Made by a program: the position numbers and the translations under genes. This document shows, piece after piece, positions 44,695 through 58,234 of a stretch of 64,000 nt of DNA. A model generated the notes under the pieces. The model ran no database searches and was not told where the DNA came from. It saw only the letters and a list, made by a program, of their open reading frames with translations. Numbering within the stretch: position 1 is the first letter of the stretch; every line of letters starts with the position of its first letter. This DNA comes from Prorocentrum cordatum (lineage: Eukaryota): the NCBI GenBank assembly GCA_963575745.1, contig CAUYUJ010000002.1, positions 1,116,001 through 1,180,000 on the forward strand, read 5' to 3'.

Positions 44695-46788
44695 TCACCC
44701 GCTGGTGGCCTTTGTGATGGCAGCGACGCACTCGTTGTAGTTCACGTCGGCCTCGGACGACCTGGGAAGAGAGCGATGCGAGACCAATCCGTCATCACTT
44801 GGGCCTCGGGGACCAGGCGATGAGGGGATTGTGTTGGGAGAAGTTGCGACGAGGAAGAGGACGAGGTGGAGGGGAGGAGGCGGAGAGGGAGGAGGAAGAC
44901 GAGGAGGAGGAGGATTGATGCGACCGACCTGTTCTGCACATGGTAGACCAACGCATCCTTCGCAAACTCCAGCGCGGCGACATTCTCCTCGAGCTGCACG
45001 TGCCACGGCTGCAACCAGGGCATCTCGGACACCTCCGCCCTCGATATTAGTCGAGTTCGTCCTCATCTTCTCGTCCTCTTTCCTTCCATCCTCGTCCTCG
45101 TGCTCCTCCTCGCCATCCTCCCCCCTCATTTTTCATCCTGCTGTTGCTCATCGAGTTCTCCTCTCTCCTCTCGCCTGCTCCAGTCGTCCTTCCCAACCTC
45201 GTTCGTGCATTCGCCTCCTCATTCATGATCATTCCCACTCCTAGTCCTCCGCTACCTCGACTGCAGCTGCAGTGTTCCTCGTCAGAGGGCCAAGCATCCC
45301 TCCAGTTGGCTGGAACGGGACCCGTGGTCGGCCGTCTGCATCATCATCATCAGCAGCAGCATCAACAACATCATTGACATCATCATCGTCTTGATCATCA
45401 TCATCATCATCATCGTCATCATCAGCATCATCATCATCATCATCATCAACATCATCATCATCATCAACACCAGCATCATCAGTAGCATCGTCATCATCAT
45501 CATCATAATCAGCATACTCAACAACATTATCAGCATAAACTCAAGTGGAGTAGTAATGCGACTCACAATCATAATGCTAGTCATCATCATCATCACCATG
45601 AACCTTGCCATCATCAGCATCATCAGCATCATCTCACCACTCACCACCATCAGCTTCACCATCAGCCACAGCAGCACCATCATCATCAACACCTCCTCCT
45701 CCCACCTTCCAGCCAGACAGCAGCGCGTGGAGGTGGGTAGCAGCTCCCAGGTTCGTGGCCACGCTGGTGCCGATCTGGATGGATCCTGCTGTCGAGGGCG
45801 TCGCTGCTGCTCCAGGCTCGTCCTGGGCTTGGGGAATAGGATACTCAAGACTTCTCCATCTCCCTAATCATGGGGATGGAGGGTTGATTATCATATTCTC
45901 CTCGAGGTATTCCCACCCTCATCGCATCATCCTCCACATCTCGTATCACGCTCCTCCTTCTCGTACCCCCCTCCTTATGTCACAACTCCTCCTCCTCCTC
46001 CTCCTCAGTATCCTCCTTCCTCTTGCTCATCTCGTCCCCTTCCTGGCACCCTGGAAAATCCGTAGCGTCCTGATCCATGTATCCTACCTCCTCCTACCCC
46101 CACCTCCTTGACAGCCTACCCATCTGAACATTATGGCATCATATTTGTATCATCTATGTTTTCCCTCAGCGTCCTCATCATCAGTGTAGCTGCTGTAGGA
46201 GCCGTCATCGTCCGAACCGCTGTCCAGGGCCTCCGCCAGAAGCGAGGAATCGGGGATGGATGAGCTCGGAGAGGAGGTTGGAGGACGAGGACCTCGAACA
46301 GGACAGATGCACGCAAGTCACGGGAATATTGTTATTCGAGGTTCTCGTCCTCCGTCCTCCACTTCGAAGCTAATCCACTTCGATCCCTCCCTCCCGTCTG
46401 GCCTGCGAGCAGCGACCAGCAAGGTCGCGCCTGACGGGCTCCACCGGCTGCTGGTCGCTGGTCAAGCTGGTCTGCAGCCTCTGGCCGTGGTTGGTGGAGA
46501 CCCGCTCGTAGTCTTCAACTCGCTTGAAGACCTCCTCACCGTGCTGCCTGTCCACCTGGGCTGCCCCTTCTCCTGCTCATCCTCGTCCTTATCCAGGGCT
46601 GGATTTTCATCTGAGTGGTTTTTTTTTGACAATTCCAGGGCCTGGCAAATCGAGGGCACAACTACGAAACACATAAATCTTGTTTAGGTCAAATCACCCT
46701 CAGCCTGGATACACGTATTTGTTAGAATCCTCATCTTCTCTCGGTCTCTTCCTCCTCCTCCTCTCCTCCTCCTCCTCCTCCTCCTCCT

Positions 46789-46819
<31 letters not shown>

Positions 46820-48954
46820 TCCCCCTCCTCCTCCTCCTCCTCCTCCCCCTCCTCTCCCTCCTCATCTAGCTTCTCTGTTCCCCCATCATCCTTATCCTCA
46901 TCCTGCCCACCTTCACGTGTCCACGGCACGCCCTGCAGGTAGCGATGATAGCTTCGGCGCGCGCCACGGCCCTGTATAGGCTCGATGTTTACTCCCTGCA
47001 CTCGGGCTGCTGAATTAAGGAACGATGGATAAGGAACGAGACCCCTAGGACTAACAACGCTTGCGAGGGTATCATGGAGCAGACATGGAAGGACCTGAGG
47101 AACATCGAGTACCCTCCGAACCCAAACTGTTCCTTTTTTCAGCGTATTGTCTGTAGGCGAGTCCCCCATCCTCCCATTGATCATCAGTCGATCTTCTCGT
47201 GGATCCCCTCATCGATCATCCAATCGATCTCGCCTCCTCACTCCCTCCTTCCTCCTCTCATCAAATCCTCCCATCGGCAATCCATCGATCTCACTCGTAG
47301 GTCCTTCAATCGATCCTCATATTCCCACCTTTCCTCACCGATGTCATCTTCCCTCCTTAGATCATTCTAGCCTCGCACCCCTCTTCCATCATCACTCCAT
47401 CCTTCGGCGCCCCCTTCAAGCAAACAAGAAAAACAACGATTCCTCACAGACATGGGGCAGTCGGGCAAGGCTGCGTTGTAACCGAAACTCACCAGCAGCT
47501 CGTCTTTCGTGTACCATTTGCCCTCGTGGCCGCTGCTCCTGAGCCTCTCCTCGTACTCCTGCTTCTCGACTTGCACGAAGTCGAAGTTGCCTATCGCTCA
47601 TGCTATATGTTCACTATCGTCATCCTTCTTCCTCCTCATCTTCTTCCTCATGCTTATTTATCCTCATCGTTTTTTTTTCGACCACTCATCCTCATCATCG
47701 ACGTCTTTATCTTCTTCCCCTCACCCTCCTCCGCACCATGTTCATATTCATCTTCCTCATCCTTCTCCGTCAGGTAGCTCCTTCTCGGGTCCGATCATTT
47801 GGTACAGTGCAGTTTTTTAATGCATGCTCTGCGTGCGGATCATGTATAAAAAAATGCAGGGTTTAGTACTAAAACCAACGATGAGCTCATGCATGAATTT
47901 ATGCATAGCATTAAAACCTGCCATGTAATGTTGTCCCTTCCTCCTCATATCCTCATTCCTCAGAGCCCTCTCGTCGAGCCTGTCTCCTGCCAGCGCCGCA
48001 GCCGGTGGTCCTTTCTGTCCTGGCTGAGTTTCTTGAACTCATCGTGCAGCTCCTTCTTGGTCTTCTTTGCGTGGTACCTGGGGTGATGATATCCTCCTTC
48101 CTCACCTCGTTCCTCATCCCTCCTTCGATCCTCATCCCCCCATTCTTCTCTTCGATCCTCATCCCCTCATTTCTTTCCTCATCCTCATCCCTCCATTCTT
48201 CTCCTCGGTCCTCGTGCCTCGAATGTCCATCACTCCTCCTTCGATCCTCATGTCCTCATCATTCATCAATTCATCCTCTCCTTTTTTTCAACCTGGTTTG
48301 TCATCCTTTCCTCGCCTCCTCATTCGCTCCGTTACCTCATCCCTCCTTCCCACCTGCTCAGAACAAGTGCAACATTCCTCCTTCCCGCCACATGTTCCCT
48401 TCATTCCCACCTGCTCCTTTCCTTCCCACGTGTTCCCACCTATTCCTCATTCCCACCTGCTCATAAGTCATTAAAGCACAGGGCGCCGTAAACGCTGCAG
48501 CGCGTTTTCGTGCTCCGTGTTCGCCTCCCCGGCCCGCTTCAGCTTCTCCTTGTTCGGCGCCGCTGCAGCCGCCGCCTTCGCCTCCGATAGGGCGCGGCGC
48601 AAGCATCCTCATCGCCTCCTGGGTCCTCTAGCTCCCGAGCTCAGGGAGGCGAAATCTATACATATCCACTGTTCCCTGGACATGGCGTGCCATGTATATG
48701 TGTATATATACACACGCATATATATGCAGCTGTGCATAGATATGCATATATCCTGGGTCCAGAATGGGCCTGACCAGGGTACCAGTATATGTATAGATTT
48801 CGTCGCCCGATCGGGCGTCGACTTCGGTACGAGTGCAACCCGAGTTGCACGCGCACCGAAGTCGACGCGCGGTGATCGAGGACCCCTCCGGACTCGAGCG
48901 GGGCAGTTCTGGACAGGAGGCCTTCTGGTCAGCATTCTTGCGCTTCGGGGGCAT
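44695..48954 (-). CDS. companion gene B, multi-exon, unknown function, apparently homologous to companion gene A
   Basis: ATG 48954 (MPPKRKNADQK). Exons ...ENALQRLR|YHAKKTKKELHDEFKKL...WQETG|NFDFVQVEKQEYEE...GKWYTKDELL are joined by GC-AG introns. Later exons EEVFKRVEDYE, acidic DSGSDDDG..DDED, and QLEENVAALE..LVYHVQN. Confidence 0.62.
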
Positions 48955-49324
48955 GGCGCCAGCGCGGCGCCTCACCTGTTGCCCAAATGCGCGGGCCGCG
49001 CTGGTTCGAAGCGGCAGTGCATACAGATATGGTACCACCGTACGTGCGCGTGGTGGTGGTGGGTCGTGGTGGCGGTGGTGGTGGTGGGTGGGTGGTGGTT
49101 GTGGTGGTGGTGGTGGTGGCGACGCGGTGATGGTGCTTGTAGGTGTTGGCGGTGGTGGTGGTTGGTGTGTCGCGTAGGTTGCGAGGCTGCTGCAGTTGGG
49201 TTTGATGGGTGCAATCGTGGGGGCTGGGGGCGGTGTGTGCGGGGTCCTTGGACGATCTGGGGGGTGGCCAGGGCGGCCGCGCGGGGGCGGGGAGGTGATG
49301 GGGCACATGCGCGCGCGCGATGGA

Positions 49325-50150
49325 AGAAACATGAAAACACATGAAAACACATGAAAGCACAGGAAATGAAAAAAACATGAAAAAAAAACACGAAAAAAAA
49401 CATGAAAAAAACATGAAAAAACATGAAAACATGAAAAAACATGAAACACCACGAACATGAAAAAACATGAAAAAACATGAAAGAAACATGAAAAAACATG
49501 AAACACATGAAAACCCATGAAAAAACATGAACATGAAAAAAACACGAAAAAACATGAAAGAAACATGAAAAAACATGAAACACATGAAAAAACATAAAAA
49601 AAACATGAAAAAACATGACGCGGGAAAAAACATGAAAGAAACATGAAAAAAACATGAAAACATGAAAAAACATGAAAAAACATGAAAAAACGTGAACATG
49701 AACAACCATGAAAAACACATGAAAGAAACATGAAAAAAAACATGAAACACATGAAAAACATGAAAAAACATGAAAAAAAACATGACGCGGGAAAAAACAG
49801 GAAAAAACATGAAAGAAACATGAAAAAACATGAAAACATTAAGAAACATGAAAAAACATGAAAAAACATGAACATGAAAAAACATGAAAAACATGAAAGA
49901 AACATGAAAAAAACATGAAAAAACATGGAAAAAAAACATGACGCGGGAAAAAACATGAAAAAAACATGAAAGAAACATGAAAAAAAACAGGAAGACATGA
50001 AAAAACATGAAACAACATGAAAAAAACATGACGCTGAAAAAACATGAAAAAAACATGAAACAACATGAACAAACATGAGAACACATGAAAAAACATGACA
50101 ATGAAAAAACCTGAAAAAACATGAAAAAACACATGAAAAAAAACATGAAA
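49325..50150 (+). repeat. AT-rich (ACATGA(A)n) minisatellite, ~10-bp unit
   Basis: Continuous ACATGAAAA variants over ~830 bp. Confidence 0.95.
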
Positions 50151-51958
50151 CCACCACCGCCCGCCCGAAACCCGCAACGCACCCGCGTCTCCCAACTGTC
50201 GACGCACCCCCGCCAACGCACCTTTGCCGAAAGCCCGCTAATCCGCCGCCACCGAACCCCCGACGCCCCCCCCACGACCAACGCGCCCCCGCCGATCGCC
50301 CCGTACACGCCCGCCCGATGATCACCCCGCCGCCACCGAACCTCCAGACCGCTTCCAAACGCAGCGTAATCGAGCGCGGCTGGGAAATCCTCAGCGATCG
50401 AGCCGCGCGAGCGCTTGAGCCCGACTATAATCCCCGTGCCCCAACCATAACGCAACACCTCACACCCCAAAGTGTCCACTTCCGAACGCAGTGGTCGATC
50501 AGCGCGGCTGGAAATCCGCAGGTCGATCGATGCAAGTATGCAGCGGTCCTCTCCGGAGCCCAGCACAATCATGTGCACCTGGCGGCGGGGGGCAGGGGGG
50601 GGGGGAGCGCGCGCGTGCGGGCACGCGTCCGTGCATCATGTGGTGGTGGTGGTGGTGGTGGTGGTGGTGGTAGTGGTGGTGGTGGTGGTGGTGGTGTGGT
50701 GGTGGTGGTGTGCGCGTGTGCGTTTGTGTTCAGATCTGATGTTATTCTCTTCGCCCTCGGGCAGCAACGCACTGAAGCCACATACTCTAGCGTCAGTACG
50801 CAGAAGAAACATATTAAAAACACGGGCGCGCGCTGTACATGCAATCATTTCAGATCGTTGGGTTTGTTGCCAGGGGTGGTGTGCTGGGTTGTTAGTTCGT
50901 TTATGCAATACATTGGTTGGGTTGTGGGGTTGTCGATCACATGTTGGACATCGCATGCATCAGTTTCATGTGCGTTCGAGGTGGGTGTGGGGTGCGAGCT
51001 CGTGGATTATGTGAGTTCGGTTGTTCGGCAATGGTGGTTGTTCTGTACTCGGGTTGTGGTAGTGGTGGTAGTGGTGGTTGGGCTGGGTCGACGGTTCGGT
51101 GGACGAGTTGGGTGGGTGGTGTCGGGTGGTTGGTGCTTGTACAGTTGTGGTGGCTTGTATGGCTTACGCAACCTGCTCATCATGCACTGCCACATCAGTC
51201 CACTTCCGAACGCAGCGCACACATGACGATGCAAACAAGCAAATCCCCAGCCCCATGTCACCAGTCGGAGTGCCCCCCGGCTCGAGCGCGGCTGGAATCC
51301 CACCGTGTTCGATCCCAGAACTGCGCGCAAGGCAAGACCATGCACCGATCGCAACGTTCAGGCCACAATCGTCCGAGTGGTCCTATGCACCACCTCCTTG
51401 TCCGTTCGATCGACCCCTGAATCATCCTGAACACAATTACATACATACACACACACATACATACATACATACATACAGACACCCAGACATACAGACATAC
51501 AGACATACAGACAAACATACATCACTCGAGGATCTCGCTGCGTATGCGAGGCAGGATTGAAGCATCCTCAGAGACTCGACTCCTGAACCATCCTTGGGGG
51601 TCCTAGGCGGGTGCCCGTTTGCACGAACCGTTTGGCGCCCATGGCACATGCATTTTGAAATCATCCTGCAGAGGGGCCTCTTGGGAGAGCGCAACTCGAG
51701 GGACAGCGAGGGGGGCAGCGTCGACGTGAGGGGGAAGGGAAGTTCGAGGGAGGGAGGCTGGAGGAGGGTTGTGGCATGGGGGAGGGGGCGTTGGACATCG
51801 TTCTATCGAACGAGCGTTCTCGAGCTGGAATCTCCTGGACTCGAGGGGAGGGCGGGCAACTATTGTGCCTCGCGGCCTGCGCTTGATCTTGCCAGCGCTC
51901 GAGCTGGTCCGTCAGCGCGCGTGCAAAATAATGCGCATGCGGTCTCTTGAGACTCTCG

Positions 51959-52092
<134 letters not shown>

Positions 52093-52093
52093 A

Positions 52094-52217
<124 letters not shown>

Positions 52218-53451
52218 AGCTCCTCTCACCCTCCAAAAATGAAGGGGGCTATGCGGAGCCGCGGGGGCGCTCAGCTCCACCAGTACACCACCAGTAGTAT
52301 ACGTCGCCTGGTCAGGGCACGATTGAGGTAGAACTGAGGGCATGGGAAGGAAGAGGTGTAGAGGATGAATGTGTGAGAGTAGGAAGCAGGGATGGATCTA
52401 GCAGGAGGAGGAGAACTCTTGCAGAAAGGCGTAGGAGTTTATATCGATGGAGGGCGGAGGGGAGGGACGAGCGAGGAGGTGAACACGAGGAGTGGGAGGC
52501 GCACGTCGTGGAGAAGGCGCTCGAAGAGGAGTGAGGAAACTAATCGTGTATGTATGTACATATATATATATATATATATATACATCACAGGACTGGGGAT
52601 CGAGGGGATAAGCATGGCCCGATGCTGGCCTGGGCCATGCCACGGCCCACACGTAGCAGGTCATCTTCTCGATGTGTCGTCACCTCTGGGAAGGAATCAT
52701 GATGATGCACATGGCAGATGTGCACCGAAACTCCGTCAGCTGGGGCCTCAGGAAGATAAGGGTTGCAGGCGTAAGGAAGGCTGGAGCACCAGCAGCAGAT
52801 GAGAGCAGAAGGATGCGGATCGATGTAGACCATTCGCTGCTTTGTGATGTCAGGGTCGCGTGGGCACAGATTTGCCCACGTGACCCTGGCACCACAGGGA
52901 GATGCTACGAACGTGTAGATTTTGAAGTTCAGTGCTCCCGATCATCCTTATGTGCTTCTTCCCCTCCACCCTCCTCCGAGCTCGTCCTTCCCAGCCCCAT
53001 CCCGCGCTATCTTATGCTTGTCTTCCTCCTCTCTCCTCCTGCTGGCATTCCTCTCTCCTCCTTATATGTCTCTTCCTCCTCTCTCCTCCTTATACTTCTC
53101 TTCCTCCTCCTCTCTCCTCCTTATACGTCTCCTCCTTCGTCCTCTTAGGCCCAGGATCTCACCTAGGATCCACTGGGGGAGCGCAGCTCGTTCACAACAC
53201 TGTTCCTGTACGAGCTCACGACAGCCTTGGTGACGGTCGGCTTCTCGATGATCTTCTGCATGACGTACTTCGGGGTCATGCGGGGAGGAGGCGGAGGGGG
53301 GGGATGGCATTGACGATGGGAGGTGGGAGTTGGAACTATACGAGGGATGAGGACGGTGGGTCATGGGAGGACTGAAAGGCTGCAGGAGTGGGAGGAAACA
53401 AGGGCCCGTGTAGCCACGAGCCCCGAAGAGGGAGGACGGTCTGAAATAGTC

Positions 53452-53551
53452 NNNNNNNNNNNNNNNNNNNNNNNNNNNNNNNNNNNNNNNNNNNNNNNNN
53501 NNNNNNNNNNNNNNNNNNNNNNNNNNNNNNNNNNNNNNNNNNNNNNNNNNN
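53452..53551. other. assembly gap (100 N)
   Basis: Run of n characters. Confidence 1.
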
Positions 53552-54014
53552 GGGGGGGAGGGAGGAGGGAGGGAGAGGCAGAGCAGCGGGGCCCGCCGCC
53601 CCTGCTGTCAGGTGCGCGCTGGAGACGCAGAAAGTCGCTGCACCTGACGAGTGTGCCGAAAGGGCGTCATGGAGCTACCTATGGGGCCACTGCAAAAAGA
53701 GACGCCCGACGACCATTGCCTAGCGACGTCCGACGACGACGCCCGACGCATTGGGGGTGAGAGGAGAATAATATTCATATTGAGCGCGTGTAGAGGGGGG
53801 TGCGGCGGGCGCGCGAGGTTTCCATTCGGAACGGCCGAAGACGTTCCGAATGGGAACGCGCGAAGGAAACGCCATTTTGGCTCAGCGCGGTTCAACCGCG
53901 GCTCAGGCTAATTACAAGTTGGCCTTAGGCCTCTAAAAGCGTGTGTAGTCGGCGCAACGATGCTGTTACATGTGTGCAATCGACGCAACGACGGCGTGAA
54001 CGTACCTCCGGTGC

Positions 54015-54113
54015 TCCGGTGAGGCCGTAGAACGCCACCGGAGCTCCGGTGGCGTTTTGATCGTCTCCGGGGGCGCTACAACCTCACAAAGAAGGCCACC
54101 GGGAGAGTCTAGG
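54015..54113 (-). repeat. right imperfect terminal inverted repeat, containing the palindrome AACGCCACCGGAGCTCCGGTGGCGTT
   Basis: Reverse complement matches 13151-13225. The palindrome lies at 54031-54056. Confidence 0.8.
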
Positions 54114-57100
54114 TGTGGCGGGGATGCGACCGCAAGTCGGCGTGGGCAGATTTGGACTCAATGTGTGCGAAAGTTGGTTTCGATTCAGTCTTGTCTTCAA
54201 AAATTGATGGTGCCAAGCTCGTCGTTGCGTTCACCGCCGACGAATGGAAGAAAGGACTTTCGTGCGAGGATTTGGACAAGCTGCGCCTTGAGTCCGATGC
54301 GAAGCTGGCAAAAGGGGCCCCTCCAACCAAAGGCGCCGGCAAAGGGAAGCGGAAGCATTCGGAGGCAGTCCGGTCGAACAACAATGCCTGCGTGCAGGAG
54401 CAATCGCTCTGGATGTTCTGCAAGGGTGCCGGCTTAAACGGCGATCGCAAACTTGCAAAGGTTTTGGCAGAGCGCCGAGAATTCGTTTGGGACTGCATCT
54501 GCCATAGCGAAGCTAGGGCCGCAGATGGGGGCGTCCTGTCGCCAGGGGGGCACAGACTGTTAAGCAGCTTATGTGGGCAGAAATTTGCAGGAGTAGCTTT
54601 GCTCATCCACGCCCGCTGGGTCGACAAAGTTCTCGACTACAAAGCCGTTTCGGGCGCGACCAGGCCTTCTTCGGCGCTCTGGCCGCCTGTCACGCGGGGG
54701 CGGAGTTGGAGCGCCCGGGGCTGCTACCCACGCGCCCCGCAGGGGAGGCCACCCCCGGGGGCGAGCAGGGCGGGCCCCAGGTGGGCGACAACGGCCGCCG
54801 CCCTGCCGACGTCTACCTGCCGCGGTGGCGCAACGGCGCGGCGGCCGCCTGGGACTTTGCCGCCGCGTCAGGGTTGCGCGCCGATCTCCTCGCCGCGTCG
54901 GCCGCTTCGTCAAGCGCAGCGACGGAGCGGTACGAGGAGTTCAAAAGGCAGCACCAGGACACCGCGCGGCTCTGCGCGGCACAGGGCTTCACTTTCCCCT
55001 CCATGGCGGTGGAAGCCCGCGGCGGCGGGCGGGGCCGCGAGGCGCGCAGGACCTTCGGGGTCCTGGCCAAGCGGGTGGCTGACGCCACGGGGGAAGACGC
55101 CGCACTGGTTGCGGACCAACATGCCCAGCGGCTTTCCGTTTCCCTGCACAGGGAGAACGCGCGGGCGGTGCAGCGGCGCCATCGGACCCTGTCTGGAGGG
55201 GCGGGGGTGGCAGCGGCCCGCCTGGCCGCGGCCGCGGCGGCCTCGACCCCTCCCACGCGCCGCCTGGCCCTTCGCCGGCGGGGTGGCGGATGGGCCCCGC
55301 AGAAGGCAATCCCCACCAAGCCGCGTCGCGCTGGGTTCGGGCGGCCGGCCACCCCGCCCAGGTCGCCGCCGTAAGGTCCGTGGCCTCGTCGCGGGCGGCT
55401 CTTCTCCCCCGGCCCCTGGCCCGGCCTGTCTGCTTGCGGTCGCTGCTTTCTCTCCTCCTTGTCCTCCTCCCCCCCCTCCCCCTTCCTTCGCTTCTGCTCG
55501 TTGCTTCCTTCCCTTTCCTTTCCTCCTGCTCCCTGCCTGCCGTCTCCGCCTGGCCCGTCTTCTGCCTGCCCGCCCGCCCCGCCGGCCCTGGCCTCCCGCC
55601 CGGGCGTTCGTCGTCGTCTGCCTGCTTCCCCCCCCCCCGCCCCCGTCCGCCGGACAGCGCAGCCTGCCCGGAACCAGCGCGGCGGCATATAGGGGGCTGA
55701 CAAGCTGGTCCTGGTGGCTTCCGATTTGCTTTGCGAGCGGTGGAAGACGCGCGCCCATATACGTATTGGGAGGCACACCTGCAGATGGATATCCGTCTAC
55801 GTTCAGCACGCCGGTTGCCCGCGCGACGATTTCATAGAGTGTTTGAACGAGATTCGTTTTGCTGTTCTCGAAGCCCAGAGCCAGAACAACCGGCGCGTGC
55901 TGGGCGGAGATTTCAATATCGAGGTTGGAAGAGGCAGGGGAAGTGCAATATCATCAGCTTTCGCTGCCGAGCTGGATCTTGTGATGTGCAACGTAGTCGA
56001 GGATGAACTTTTCGAGTGTCAGTGGACTTTCCGCAGCTGCCTCGGACGACTCCGCCGTCTGGATTACGTCATGGTCAGCAGTTGCACATCTTTCCACAGT
56101 GCAAAGCCGACAAGCATGCTTGACCTCGGTTCAGATCACAGGGCGGTGCTGGTGCGCCTTCAAGCTCCGACGTTGGCTGGGCAGAGGAGTCGACGGAAGC
56201 GCCGGCAGACGCACAAAGACATTGATTGGGAGATGTATGCCACCAAGGTGCCCTAGAAGATCGCTGCCCAGGAGTTCCCTCCGGCATCTGCGGGCGACGT
56301 GGGGCGCATCGCTCTTCTTGCAGCTGGAGAGTCGCAGCGGCCCCGGTTGCCCGCCCAGCAGAGCAACGGGGGCAGCCATCTGGACCGTCTGCGAAGAAGG
56401 GGGAGATGCATGACCAACCCGGCCGAGAGACGAGATATCCCAAAGGAGATCTGGAGGCTGAGCCGGAAAGAGCCTCGCGCACGACAGACAGCCAGAACAG
56501 CTGAAATGCTCGCTAGCTTCAGTGATCTTCGTCGCCTGGACGCGCTGCACAGATCCCCTATCACAAGATCTTCGCAACAGGGTCCATATTCTCGCAAATG
56601 TGCCGACCTGTTGTCGGAGATATACACGCCCAGCGCGCCGCCCGACGCGGGCGAGCATGACGAGGACCAGGTGCCAGCCGTTACTGTCGAAGAAGTTGCG
56701 AAGGCAGTCGAAGCGATGAGACGACGCAAAGCTGCTGACACGAAGGGCGTAGTGCTGGATATGTTCCTCTTTGGCGGAGACGATATGTTGCACTAATCGT
56801 CTGACATGTTCAATGCAATTTTGTAGAGCGGTTGCGTTCCGGCTGACTGGCGAGAGACCTTCTTCAAACTTTTGCACAGGGGCGGGGGCGCCGCAGACCC
56901 GAACAGTTGGAGGCCGATCGCGATTCTCAGCGTCTCTTACAAGATCCTTGCTCGAGTGGTCTTCCACAGGATACGCGGCATTCTAGATTCGCAAGAGTCC
57001 GAAGAAAAAATGGTTTTCAACGAGACCGGTCGACTGCTGACGCTCTGATTGTTGCCGAAAGCCTCGCGAGCAAGAGCCTCGAGTTCAACGAAGACCTGTG

Positions 57101-58234
57101 GCTGGTCAGCGTAGATCTGCGCAAAGCATTTGACAGGGTTGAACAGCCGGCACTGTTCCGCGCTCTCCAAGCGCAGGGACCCCCCTCTGGATATTGCCAA
57201 ATATTGCGAACGCTGTACAAATCTCAAACAGGTGTCTTGGGTAAGGATTTCTGGTTTCCTATCACCCGGGGCGTCAGACAGGGCGACGTACTATCTCCGC
57301 TCCTGTTCAACAGTGTCCTGGAAGCTGCTATCCGCGAGTGGAAGGCGAAGCTGAACGGTCATGGCCTGGCTGTCTGTTCGGACGGAAGCAAGGAGCGTCT
57401 GTCGAACATTCGTTTTGCAGACGATCTGTTACTATTCGCCAGCAGTGTGGAAGGGGCTGTGGACATACTAGACATGCTCACGCAGACGCTTCGCAATTAT
57501 GGTCTGGAACTCAACGTGAAGAAAACGAAGATGTTGTCGACGACGGTCACGGATAATGACACTGTTCTGATCGAAACAGCCGATGGGTTCGTGGGGCTTG
57601 TGGCTGCTGACAGAACCCACAAATACCTCGGGAGGGCGTGGCCGGGCAACCTCCGACAACGCGGACAGGCTGCTATCGACCATCGCGTTTGCTGCGCATG
57701 GTTGAAATTCCGTTCTCGGCAAACTTCGCTGACGAATAGGCATGTCAAAGTCAAGCTGCGTCTGAAGCTCTTCAACGCGACCGTTACACCTACGTTGGTA
57801 TACGGGCTTGAAACTTGTGCGTTGGATCAGAAGCAGCTGGACCACCTAGACATTACGAAGAGGAAAATGCTCCGGCGAATGGTCGGCTGGGTGTTCGACG
57901 ACAGCGATTCGTGGGAAGATGCTGGCCGCAGAATGAAGCAGAGGCTCGAATCTGCCAGGCGCCTGCACTACATTGCAGATTGGTCTTCGGTTGTATCAAA
58001 CTGCAAGAAGCATTTACTGAGTCGTCTGATGTCCCACCATGCTCCGTCGCCGCCAAAACTAGCGCACGAATGGTCCCCTACTGCATGTGCGGCGCTGAAC
58101 AACAGCCGGCCGCATCGTACCAGAGGCCGGCCGCGGCGTCGTTGGTTTGACGACGTGCAGCTCTTACGGCGCATTGTTTGTTTTTTTCCCCCGAGCTCTG
58201 CACAGGGCCGACTTGTTCGATCGGACTCAACGCA
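54114..58234 (+). mobile_element. 3' part of the RTE-like LINE: ORF1 C-terminus, APE, RT and C-terminal RGRPRRRW, with stops and frameshifts
   Basis: ORF1-like tail GCDRKSAWADLD...KGAGKGKRK. APE: WDCICHSE, GVALLIH, GGDFN, LDYVMV, GSDHRAV. RT: WRPIAILSV, VDLRKAFDRV, GVRQGDVLSPLLF, RFADD, KYLG. Stops at ~56254, 56794 and 56824. Short CTCAA-like tail, then the satellite resumes. Confidence 0.9.
54657..55750 (+). mobile_element. 5'-truncated CRE-like non-LTR element (REL endonuclease plus 3' UTR) nested in the APE domain of the RTE-like LINE
   Basis: RRPADVYLP, AWDFA, YEEFK, FTFPSMAVEARGGG and QRLSVSLHRENA. The APE reading frame stops at KAVSG (~54655) and resumes at AHIRIGRH..ISVYVQH (~55753). 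Confidence 0.82.

Noticed and set aside
45340..45700. Met/Ile/His-rich ORFs
   Set aside because: Degenerate (CAT)n microsatellite within an inferred intron.
48628..50578. 500+ aa Phe/Met/Cys/His-rich ORFs
   Set aside because: Artefact of the ACATGAAAA minisatellite read on the minus strand.
53871..53900. Spliced-leader RNA gene
   Set aside because: Only 14 nt match, and no AG|GT donor or SL intron follows.
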